IMG/VR virus record: IMGVR_UViG_3300042356_000517
Location: 1 to 40,227 of that record
Source of the DNA: a virus
Taxonomy: Duplodnaviria; Caudoviricetes
Length of the DNA stretch: 40,227 nucleotides
Direction: 5' to 3' (one strand)
Shown: one piece after another, positions 29,226-36,101 of the stretch
Layout: every line of letters starts with the position of its first letter
Position numbering within the stretch: the stretch's first letter is position 1
Made by a program: the position numbers and the translations under genes
Notes under the pieces: generated by a model
What the model was told of the DNA's origin: nothing
Seen by the model: only the letters and a program-made list of their open reading frames with translations
Databases searched by the model: none

Positions 29226-29270
29226 TGGTGGCAGGGGATCCCCCAACCGGTAACGCCCAGTCGGCCTGCC
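29226..29270 (-). ncRNA. 45-nt CCA-terminated mini-tRNA-like RNA
   Basis: GGCAGG/CCTGCC acceptor-like stem followed by ACCA; internal CCGACTGG/CCGGTTGG hairpin. Confidence 0.55.
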
Positions 29271-29279
29271 ATTATGTAT

Positions 29280-29332
29280 GCTCCCTTGTCAGACCCACGG
29301 GAGCGATGGGCTAGAAACGCCTACTGACATGG
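29280..29332 (-). ncRNA. Three-way-junction pseudoknot RNA, copy B
   Basis: CCA-TGTCAG-TAGGCGTTTCTA-GCCCAT-CGCTCCC-GTGGGT-CTGACA-A-GGGAGC; covaries with copy A. Confidence 0.75.
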
Positions 29333-29340
29333 CTGATCTT

Positions 29341-29418
29341 TGGTTGGGCAGGTCGGAGTTGAACCGACGATCTCCAGCTTATGAGGCTGGCGACTTAACC
29401 TGACTTGTCCACCGCCCT
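29341..29418 (-). tRNA. tRNA with CAU anticodon (initiator-Met-like)
   Basis: Cloverleaf AGGGCGG...CCAGC-CTCATAA-GCTGG...GTCGG-TTCAACT-CCGAC-CTGCCCA-ACCA with encoded CCA. Confidence 0.93.
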
Positions 29419-29431
29419 ATTCAAAAAGTTC

Positions 29432-29497
29432 CCCAGTCTCTCCTGAGCGTCACCCCTTGCACACCAAACGCTGGGCGAGGTTCCCATTCTGCATGAC
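29432..29497 (-). ncRNA. Structured element ending in GTGAC plus a GAGAGA-loop hairpin (copy 1)
   Basis: GTGAC-G-CTCAG-GAGAGA-CTGGG; related to 37217-37269. Confidence 0.45.
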
Positions 29498-29511
29498 AAC
29501 AACAGAAAATC

Positions 29512-29691
29512 TTACAGACCTGCTTCAGCAAGCACGTCATTCGCAGACTTGGAAATCACAAGCAGGCGAAGTTCTTTGCGGCTAACGCCGATTTCGGCAT
29601 CGCCGATAAGCTGTGCGAGCTTGGATGCGGTAACCTTCATCAAAACAGGTTCACGGGTGCGCTTTGCGCGGGTATTAGTAGATTCGGACAT
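29512..29691 (-). CDS. Small basic hypothetical protein (59 aa, not in ORF track)
   Basis: Manual translation MSESTNTRAKRTREPVLMKVTASKLAQLIGDAEIGVSRKELRLLVISKSANDVLAEAGL, behind a promoter and an A/C-rich leader. Confidence 0.65.
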   Translation of the reverse strand: MSESTNTRAKRTREPVLMKVTASKLAQLIGDAEIGVSRKELRLLVISKSANDVLAEAGL

Positions 29692-29705
29692 AATTGTATC
29701 GGTTG

Positions 29706-29758
29706 TGCCGCCGTGATTGGCGACAGGGACAACCTAAACAGCAGAGTGATTACCGCAA
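29706..29758 (-). promoter_or_regulatory. Leftward sigma70-like promoter plus 5' hairpin for the small-ORF/RNA cluster
   Basis: TTGCGG-16-TAGGTT, GTCCC, then a TGTCGCC/GGCGGCA hairpin. Confidence 0.5.
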
Positions 29759-29932
29759 TAGAAAACGATGCACTCTGTAAGCACACCGAATGGTGCGCCC
29801 CCGCCACGTCAGGCGAAACCGAAAACGCTCGGCGGCAGGGGCGCGGCTGACAGTCTAAACCCAAAAAGACCGGCAGCACCGGGACATTGCCAGAGGCGAT
29901 CAAAAATTTCTAGGAAAAAATGATTTTTAGTC

Positions 29933-29984
29933 TGTACAAACCTGATCGGTCAGGTAGATTGATCCCAGTCAGCCGATGCTGACT
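29933..29984 (+). promoter_or_regulatory. Rightward early promoter with operator-like palindrome and 5' hairpin
   Basis: AT-rich upstream tract, TGTACA-16-TAGATT, ACCTGA-TCGG-TCAGGT palindrome, AGTCAGC/GCTGACT hairpin. Confidence 0.55.
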
Positions 29985-30012
29985 CGCAACAAACGAACCA
30001 AAACGAACCGAC

Positions 30013-30261
30013 ATGACACTCATCAACGCCATCAAGAAACTTGAGAATTCTGGATTCAGCACTGAAAACATCGACGGTATCTACCGAGCATCAAGCTCGA
30101 CAGCACCTCGCGTGATCGAATTCTTCCGCAACGGACATTCCAAAGAAATCACCTGCATCAACGTGCGGAGACCAAATGACCACCACGACTCAATGACTGA
30201 TTACTCTGCCGGTAGCTGGGCAAACAACATCACCCAAGCAATCAGAATCGCAATCTCCTGA
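30013..30261 (+). CDS. Early hypothetical protein (82 aa)
   Basis: First ORF after the early promoter. Confidence 0.75.
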   Translation: MTLINAIKKLENSGFSTENIDGIYRASSSTAPRVIEFFRNGHSKEITCINVRRPNDHHDSMTDYSAGSWANNITQAIRIAIS

Positions 30262-30295
30262 GCACCCACAAGCCGTGGTTCAATCCCACGGCCTC

Positions 30296-30599
30296 AATCA
30301 TTCACTCCTAGAAAAAAATGATCACTCCACAAAACGAAACAGCTAACGGTGCCGACCAAACGTCGTTTCACCTCCCGGACGAATACAAGTGGCAAACCCC
30401 GGCACAGGTAATCATGCCTGACGGATCACTCGAACTGCGCGACAAGTACAACAATCGGCTCGTCGCAGTGAAGCACGCCAACGGACGGTGCTACGAAGTC
30501 GATAGCCGCAAAAAGCGGAAACTCGGCAGAATCTCCCAAGAAAATTTCGATGATCTCGCTAAAACCGAATTCTAATCATTCACTCCTAGAAAAAAATGA
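30296..30599 (+). repeat. 26-bp direct repeat AATCATTCACTCCTAGAAAAAAATGA (30296-30321 and 30574-30599)
   Basis: Exact copies, each containing the start codon of an early gene. Confidence 0.9.
30318..30575 (+). CDS. Early hypothetical protein (85 aa)
   Basis: ORF flanked by the 26-bp repeats. Confidence 0.7.
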   Translation: MITPQNETANGADQTSFHLPDEYKWQTPAQVIMPDGSLELRDKYNNRLVAVKHANGRCYEVDSRKKRKLGRISQENFDDLAKTEF

Positions 30600-30706
30600 A
30601 AGCGAAAACAATCTGGGACACACTCGTCGAAAAACTTGGACGAAATCCAACCAACGCAGAATGCCGGGCAGAATGCCTGCGAATCATCAAATCAATCAAG
30701 CCATGA
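30596..30706 (+). CDS. Early peptide (36 aa, not in ORF track)
   Basis: MKAKTIWDTLVEKLGRNPTNAECRAECLRIIKSIKP; starts in the repeat and is ATGA-coupled to the next gene. Confidence 0.65.
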   Translation: MKAKTIWDTLVEKLGRNPTNAECRAECLRIIKSIKP

Positions 30707-31014
30707 AAAACGAAGCAGCAGTCGCACTCGGTAAGCTATCCCACTCGCGCCAGTCAGAAAAACAATCCGCTGCCAGTGCCGAAAACGGAAAGAAAGGTGG
30801 TCGCCCAAACTCTAGCATGAACCAAAAGGCCCGGTCCAGCTCGCAGATCGACAGAGCGATATGCCATCTTGAACTTTACATCGCCAAGGACGAGAACAAA
30901 CACTGGCGGTTCTACAATTTCCGATCAGCACGACCACAAGGGAATAAACACTGGGAGGGACCACTCAACCAGTGGACTCTCAAAACTTGGATTGCTCGAG
31001 CCGACAAGATCTGA
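30703..31014 (+). CDS. Small basic putative DNA-binding protein (103 aa)
   Basis: KNEAAVALGKL...AASAENGKKGGRP N-terminal motif; true start inferred at 30703. Confidence 0.7.
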   Translation: MKNEAAVALGKLSHSRQSEKQSAASAENGKKGGRPNSSMNQKARSSSQIDRAICHLELYIAKDENKHWRFYNFRSARPQGNKHWEGPLNQWTLKTWIARADKI

Positions 31015-31037
31015 GACAAGCGTCAGAATCCACTCAC

Positions 31038-31068
31038 AAGCCTCACTGGTCACCCGGTGGGGCTTTTC
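31038..31068 (+). terminator. Rho-independent terminator of the early operon
   Basis: AAGCCTCACTGG-TCAC-CCGGTGGGGCTT followed by TTC. Confidence 0.8.
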
Positions 31069-31566
31069 TGTGTCCAATAGCAACGGTGATGCTGTGGGCG
31101 ATCCTGGACCAATAATAGCCACACCAGTGATGACGATAATGATGACGATAACAGATGGCCCACTTCTTCATTTTTTAACGGGCAGGGTAATGGTTCGCGC
31201 TTCTGCGCGGTCGGCCCTGCTCGACCCCCTCCCCCCCCTGTCCGGGCTAGGTTTGATGCTCTCACTTGTTACAACCTCCGTAATGCTTACTCATGTTCCA
31301 CGGAAAAGACCGCGGTATCAACGACTTACGTAATCCGCGGATGTGGAACAATCCAGATCATGCATTACGGTGCCACTATTGAGAATGTGACTGCTTTTGT
31401 GCATACCCAACGACTGTTTGAAACGTAACGATGACAGCGGCTCGGGCGCGTTGCTGATTCTCTTTGAAAAAGTGCGACCCATTTCTGCTGGCATTTCGTC
31501 TGGTATTCTGATGGCACAGTGGCTGGCCATTGCTCGGGCGTTTGGGGGTGAGGTGGCAGGCAGGTT

Positions 31567-31905
31567 GCTGGGGTCTCCTCAAAAGTGCTGGGGTATGCTG
31601 GGGTCTCCTGCAGGGGTACCCCAGCACGATTTCGCCTAGGGGCATAAGGATTCCAGCGTGTCTGCTGGGGTTGCAGGGGTCTATTTTCTATGTTGTGGAA
31701 ATTGCACATTATTTTGCGATCCTTTGGATTTTACCGCTCATACTTCGTATTTTTATCTCATTTATTCAACATAGGAAACAGACCCCAGCATCCCCAGCAA
31801 GAGGCTACAGCCCTTATAGAATATAGGAAAAAAAGTGCTGGGGGTGTTCAAATACTCCCCAGCACTTTGGGGGGGTACCCCAGCAGATCTGCTGGGACGC
31901 TGGGG
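31567..31905. repeat. GCTGGGG/CCCCAGC repeat cluster flanking an AT-rich core; putative replication origin
   Basis: 11 exact heptamers in both orientations plus variants, non-coding, AT-rich segment at ~31681-31780. Confidence 0.7.
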
Positions 31906-31933
31906 TCTATTTCAGGTTTTGCCAAAAACCACG

Positions 31934-31966
31934 AAAAAGCCCGGATCCCACTGAGGAACCCGGGCT
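31934..31966 (-). terminator. Rho-independent terminator of the primase operon
   Basis: AGCCCGGGTTCC...GGATCCGGGC followed by TTTTT on the minus strand. Confidence 0.8.
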
Positions 31967-31990
31967 GATGCCTAGTCTGGCCTGATCTGG

Positions 31991-32260
31991 TCAGCCGGTG
32001 ATGCGGTTGATCTCGTCGTTGAGGTACCAGATCGCCTTCTCGAGATCCTCGACAGCCTTGGCTAAGTCCTTCTGACCGGCACGCCAGATGTACTTGATCG
32101 CGTTGCCCCGGTTGAACGTCATGTGCCGGGTGACCTCGATGCATTCAATGCCGCTGGGGTGGCTAGTGTAATGCGCTGGATGGTCAACCGGGTCGTGTGC
32201 TGGCTTCTCTTTCCAAGGTGGCATCGACTGGTCATTCGCTTGTCCGTTTGAGAAGGTCAT
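31991..32260 (-). CDS. DUF3310 (T7 gp1.7/SaV-like) protein
   Basis: DPVDHPAHY...IECIE...GNAIKYIWRAGQK...EDLEKAIWYL. Confidence 0.9.
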   Translation of the reverse strand: MTFSNGQANDQSMPPWKEKPAHDPVDHPAHYTSHPSGIECIEVTRHMTFNRGNAIKYIWRAGQKDLAKAVEDLEKAIWYLNDEINRITG

Positions 32261-32511
32261 GGTGCCACCTCCTTTCCGACGACGACCGTCTCACCGATCT
32301 GTTCGATGACCAGTTCGCGCTTGGGCTTTGCCTTTGGCTTACTGCGCTCCTCCTCGAGATCAGCCAGTGCCTTGTCGCGCTCGCGCTCCATCTTCTCCAT
32401 GACCTGTCGGAAATGAGCGATGGTGCAGGTCTTGGTGTGCCTGAGATCAAACGCTGCGTCGGTCTCAGGTGTGGGTGCGAGAGGTTCTCTCGGTTCTTCT
32501 TTTGGTTTCAT
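32257..32511 (-). CDS. Hypothetical protein
   Basis: PTPETDA...MERERD pattern; coupled on both sides. Confidence 0.7.
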   Translation of the reverse strand: MKPKEEPREPLAPTPETDAAFDLRHTKTCTIAHFRQVMEKMERERDKALADLEEERSKPKAKPKRELVIEQIGETVVVGKEVAP

Positions 32512-32600
32512 AATGATTTAATGATGATGATTGCAGTGACAATGGTGCTTATCGCTGCAGTGACACCTGTCACAATTGCTTCGATTGATTGATGGTCCAT
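32508..32600 (-). CDS. Single-TM peptide (30 aa, not in ORF track)
   Basis: MDHQSIEAIVTGVTAAISTIVTAIIIIKSL exactly fills the gap, with ATGA coupling. Confidence 0.55.
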   Translation of the reverse strand: MDHQSIEAIVTGVTAAISTIVTAIIIIKSL

Positions 32601-32601
32601 C

Positions 32602-33069
32602 TTATTGGCATGATTCACATGTTTTATCTCCAAGTTGACAGGCTTTGCTGGCATCAAGATCGCTCCAATCGATATTATCATCGTCGGTGATTGCGCGGCT
32701 GATGACTGATTGGCTGTCCTTGACGAACATCCCGTCGACCATCTTGCCTGTGCGCTTGGAGATTTCTGTCAGCGCAGCATGAAGGCAATCGTCGATGCTC
32801 AAGCCCATCATGTCTGCTGCAAGTATGATGGTGACCATGATATCACCGATGCCATCGACGAAATCCATCAACGCTTCGTGCTCGTCATGGCCATTGGTTG
32901 CCAGCATCCACTTCAGTGCTGCGTCTCGAGTCTCGATCAACTCTTCCTGAGTCTTCTCAAGTTGCTTAGTCACTGACCCGCTGCCATCGATGCCAGTGAT
33001 GCCTCGGCTAATGCCCCAGCTTTTTACGTCTTCAATTAGTTCGCTTAGTGTTTTGCTTTCTATATTCAT
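32602..33069 (-). CDS. MazG-like NTP pyrophosphohydrolase
   Basis: KQLEKTQEELIE...DGIGDIMVTII...RTGKMVDGMFVK. Confidence 0.85.
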   Translation of the reverse strand: MNIESKTLSELIEDVKSWGISRGITGIDGSGSVTKQLEKTQEELIETRDAALKWMLATNGHDEHEALMDFVDGIGDIMVTIILAADMMGLSIDDCLHAALTEISKRTGKMVDGMFVKDSQSVISRAITDDDNIDWSDLDASKACQLGDKTCESCQ

Positions 33070-35456
33070 AATTCGATTTTATAGAGGTTGATTCCTGTTC
33101 GTGTTTTCGCTGAGATTGTTATTCCTGACTCCTCGTCGCGTACCAGTTTCTTCAAATAGATACCGCATGCGCTCGAGTAGTTGAGCAACTGGAGTGCCTG
33201 CGTCTTGACGACCGACGACGACTGTACAAGTCGCGACTGAATTTCGGTGGCTGTGAGTTCGCACGGCATGTCGTTCCAGATGTCGAATCGATTTCCGCTG
33301 ACATCGGTGGCGATGCGGAGCAACTCTAGCAACTGCTTCTCAGGACTGGTGGCATCCACCTTGCCGAGAAGCTCTGGGTCACGCCATGCAAGGATGCCTG
33401 ACCGAGTGTCTCGAAGCTCTACTGGTACAACCCACTCGACCAGTTCGTAGGCGAATGCCTCGGCCTCGGCCATGATCATCCGTTGCAATTGATCCCGGCC
33501 ATGAGACGACGACGTATCGACTGGCAGATTGACTTTGCTGACGTGCAACAATGCGATCTTGTCGGATACGTCTGGCTCAAGCGGTGGAATGACGTTGAGT
33601 GCTTCCGGGGTATCATTGCAGCAAACCAGCACACTCCACACGGGTCGCACGCTGATGGATGACTGGTGACGCTTCCGCATCTGCACCGCCTGTGGATACA
33701 TGGCCTCCTTGAATGCTGCACCGAATGCCCGTCGTGCCCGGATGTCCGGGTTGCCTGCACAGTCATCGATCAAGAGCAGCTCGTTGCCGATCAGGTCGTC
33801 GTTCCAGAGCATATTACCTGACCATGCTGACCACGGGTTTGCCGACCGCTTGCCCAGCATCTGGGTGACCAACCATGCCAGCAGACTCTTGCCCGAGTTG
33901 ACCTCTCCGGCGATGACCAGCATGGGTGCCGGGACGTGGATCCCTGCTTGCACCGACTTGTAGCGAGATGAAAGCCACGATAGGAACACCTCAAGTGCCG
34001 TCTCGTTCGGAAATGCCTGAGTGATGATGTCCTCAATGAGCGGGAACGATCCCTGAACCGGCTTGGGTTGAATCGCCTCAGACGTGATCAGGATGGGCAT
34101 CCCGGACTGGTCGATGACCCGACCGATCTTGTGACCGGCGATGCTGCCTGACCACTGGATGGCACCATCGATCTCGCGGGACGCGATTGATGCTGCCACG
34201 GCGTTCTTCAGTTCCTTGGCATCCTCGTAGGACGGTGCGAGGTACCGGGTCACGCCGGTCACGATCGGCTTTGACCGGCCAAACGTGTGAAACGCATTAC
34301 CGACCTGTAGTAGATACTTGCCGGTCGGTGCGTCGTAGTACAAGTCGCCCGGGGCGAATGCCTGCATGGTTGACCCAGTCGTGGCCGGTGGCGGAGTGGT
34401 GAGTGCAGCCCGAACGTCGGCCTTGGCATCGATCTGGTCACGCAGGTTCTTGCTTGGTTTCCACCCGTTGTTCCCGGCGTGGAACCAGAGCGTGCCCTGC
34501 TTGAAATCTTGCAGGCGGTGGATGAATTTCTTGGCGTATTCGCCATCTTCCACCTCTGGCCATGCTGCGTTGAGAATTGCTGTGGCATCGGGTCCAAACG
34601 TATTCCATGCCGCGGAACAGATCTCAATCCAGTCCTGATACTCTGGCTGAGGGATGCAATCGATCATCTCGCGCAGGTCATCCAACGACAGCTCGACTGA
34701 CACATCGTGGAGCAGCAGGTTGCCTGACTCACCGACGGTGGCTGAGATCACCTGTGGGCGTGCTGTCCACTCGGTATTGACCTCGGCTCGGCGACGGGTC
34801 TCAAGCGGCACCAGCACGTCCTCGACCTCGTCGATTGGGTCGAAGATAGCGGTGCGTGACAGGTCGAGGAATGCGTTCGGGTCGTGGCTTAGGAAGCACA
34901 GCCGCACCGGATCCTTGCACGACTTATCGATGTTAATCCCGAGAGTTTTGAAATGTGCCTCGGCAGCGAAGAACGACCGTTTGTGCAGCGAAACATCCGA
35001 CGAAATACGGGCGATCGCCTTGATGCCATCACCCGACGGGCTGATGAATAACGCGACGATGCGCGGGTCGCTGATGAGTGCGGAGCGAAGGTCGGCCAGC
35101 GACCACTCCGGGTTGTCCTTGCCGTCGATGTCGATCTGGAGAAACCCCGAGTGGGTGAATCGTCCGTCCGGCACCGCCGACTTGCGCAGGCCGGTCGTGG
35201 CACCGCTGATCGATACGGCAGGAAGCTCGCGCTTATCGATGTCCGCCTGCTTCTTGTTCCCGGCTGCACGGTGCACCCGGATGTTTTCGACCTTCGTTTT
35301 GAATTCGTCGCTGCGAATCGCGGCGATCAAATCGGCCACGGTAGTCGTGGCAGATGCCTCTTTCGCCTCGGCGTTGCGGTAGTAATCGATCAGTGGATGC
35401 AGTGCCTTCTTGGCAGCGGCACGCTCGGCGAATACCTCGGCCATTGTCTTACTCAT
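33066..35456 (-). CDS. AEP primase (BT4734/VirE-N-like) - PriCT-2 - SF3-like helicase fusion
   Basis: KRELPAVSISG, DIDGKD, FISPSGDGIK, DKSCKDPVRLCFLSHDP; YQDWIEI; GEVNSGKS, LLIDD; GAGGAGG before ATG 35456. Confidence 0.88.
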   Translation of the reverse strand: MSKTMAEVFAERAAAKKALHPLIDYYRNAEAKEASATTTVADLIAAIRSDEFKTKVENIRVHRAAGNKKQADIDKRELPAVSISGATTGLRKSAVPDGRFTHSGFLQIDIDGKDNPEWSLADLRSALISDPRIVALFISPSGDGIKAIARISSDVSLHKRSFFAAEAHFKTLGINIDKSCKDPVRLCFLSHDPNAFLDLSRTAIFDPIDEVEDVLVPLETRRRAEVNTEWTARPQVISATVGESGNLLLHDVSVELSLDDLREMIDCIPQPEYQDWIEICSAAWNTFGPDATAILNAAWPEVEDGEYAKKFIHRLQDFKQGTLWFHAGNNGWKPSKNLRDQIDAKADVRAALTTPPPATTGSTMQAFAPGDLYYDAPTGKYLLQVGNAFHTFGRSKPIVTGVTRYLAPSYEDAKELKNAVAASIASREIDGAIQWSGSIAGHKIGRVIDQSGMPILITSEAIQPKPVQGSFPLIEDIITQAFPNETALEVFLSWLSSRYKSVQAGIHVPAPMLVIAGEVNSGKSLLAWLVTQMLGKRSANPWSAWSGNMLWNDDLIGNELLLIDDCAGNPDIRARRAFGAAFKEAMYPQAVQMRKRHQSSISVRPVWSVLVCCNDTPEALNVIPPLEPDVSDKIALLHVSKVNLPVDTSSSHGRDQLQRMIMAEAEAFAYELVEWVVPVELRDTRSGILAWRDPELLGKVDATSPEKQLLELLRIATDVSGNRFDIWNDMPCELTATEIQSRLVQSSSVVKTQALQLLNYSSACGIYLKKLVRDEESGITISAKTRTGINLYKIEL

Positions 35457-35716
35457 GGTGCGACCTCCTCGACTTGAATAAATTGCCATGCGTGGCTGAT
35501 GACTGTGCCGATGTTAGCACAGTCGAGCAGGACCATCTCCTCGATCATGTCTCGGATTTCCTGTGGCGTGTTGATATCTCCTTTTAACATCTCGATAATC
35601 TGCTCGGTGTTGCCGTCGGCGTTGAGTCGATGCGGACACGATGTTCCGCATTCGTTGAGCTTCTTGGTGATGTCGCCTTGGTAGGTGACGAGTAATTGGG
35701 TTCTAGTTGCTGTCAT
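35453..35716 (-). CDS. Hypothetical protein
   Basis: ORF ATGA-coupled to the primase gene; start inferred at MTATRT. Confidence 0.6.
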   Translation of the reverse strand: MTATRTQLLVTYQGDITKKLNECGTSCPHRLNADGNTEQIIEMLKGDINTPQEIRDMIEEMVLLDCANIGTVISHAWQFIQVEEVAP

Positions 35717-35872
35717 TTGGGTAGGCACCACGCGGTGCGAGTCCGTCTCTACTGTCGGACGTGCTCGACGTAAAGAGAAATCGCTGAATGATTTTTCTTT
35801 TGATCCATTATCATTGATATTGAGTGGATTATTGATCGGTCAAAAAATAATTCAAAAATAATCGAAATATTG

Positions 35873-35925
35873 TTGACGCTAGTCCGGTCATCTGCTTTTC
35901 TTTCCCCGTCGCTACTGACGGCGAC
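35873..35925 (+). promoter_or_regulatory. Rightward promoter plus 5' hairpin for the recombination/replication operon
   Basis: A-rich upstream tract, TTGACG-17-(TGc)TTTTCT, TCCCC, GTCGCT/GGCGAC hairpin. Confidence 0.55.
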
Positions 35926-35939
35926 CGAACAACCGAATC

Positions 35940-36101
35940 ATGACAGCTCACTTAATTATCATCCTAGTTGTTACCCTGCTGGGCAACACGGCGATTGCCG
36001 CAACATTTGACCAACCACGCCTGACCGGCCTCTTGTGGACCCTATCAGAGGTAGTCATCATTGCCCTGCTATGGGGAACATACACCATTTTGACAGCATG
36101 A
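35940..36101 (+). CDS. Small two-TM membrane protein (53 aa, not in ORF track)
   Basis: MTAHLIIILVVTLLGNTAIAATFDQPRLTGLLWTLSEVVIIALLWGTYTILTA; ATGA-coupled. Confidence 0.65.
   Translation: MTAHLIIILVVTLLGNTAIAATFDQPRLTGLLWTLSEVVIIALLWGTYTILTA

Noticed and set aside
29147-29332. Pseudoknot RNAs as theta/HDV-like ribozymes or a guanidine-III riboswitch
   Set aside because: The 3'-tail partner lies inside the P3 loop rather than upstream of P3, and there is no P1.1/P4/J4-2 arrangement. The paired CGA elements of guanidine-III are also missing.
29682-29710. dif-like site (TTCGGACATAAT) for Xer-mediated integration
   Set aside because: Only a XerC-like half is present, there is no TTATGTTAAAT arm, and it overlaps a start codon.
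31567-31905. CRISPR array
   Set aside because: Repeats are 7 bp, irregularly spaced and in both orientations; no cas genes.
30869-31968. Overlapping ORFs in the repeat region
   Set aside because: They cross a terminator and the repeat array, conflict with each other and have no protein-like signal.
34654-35382. 242-aa plus-strand ORF
   Set aside because: Antisense to the primase gene, with S/R-rich shadow composition.
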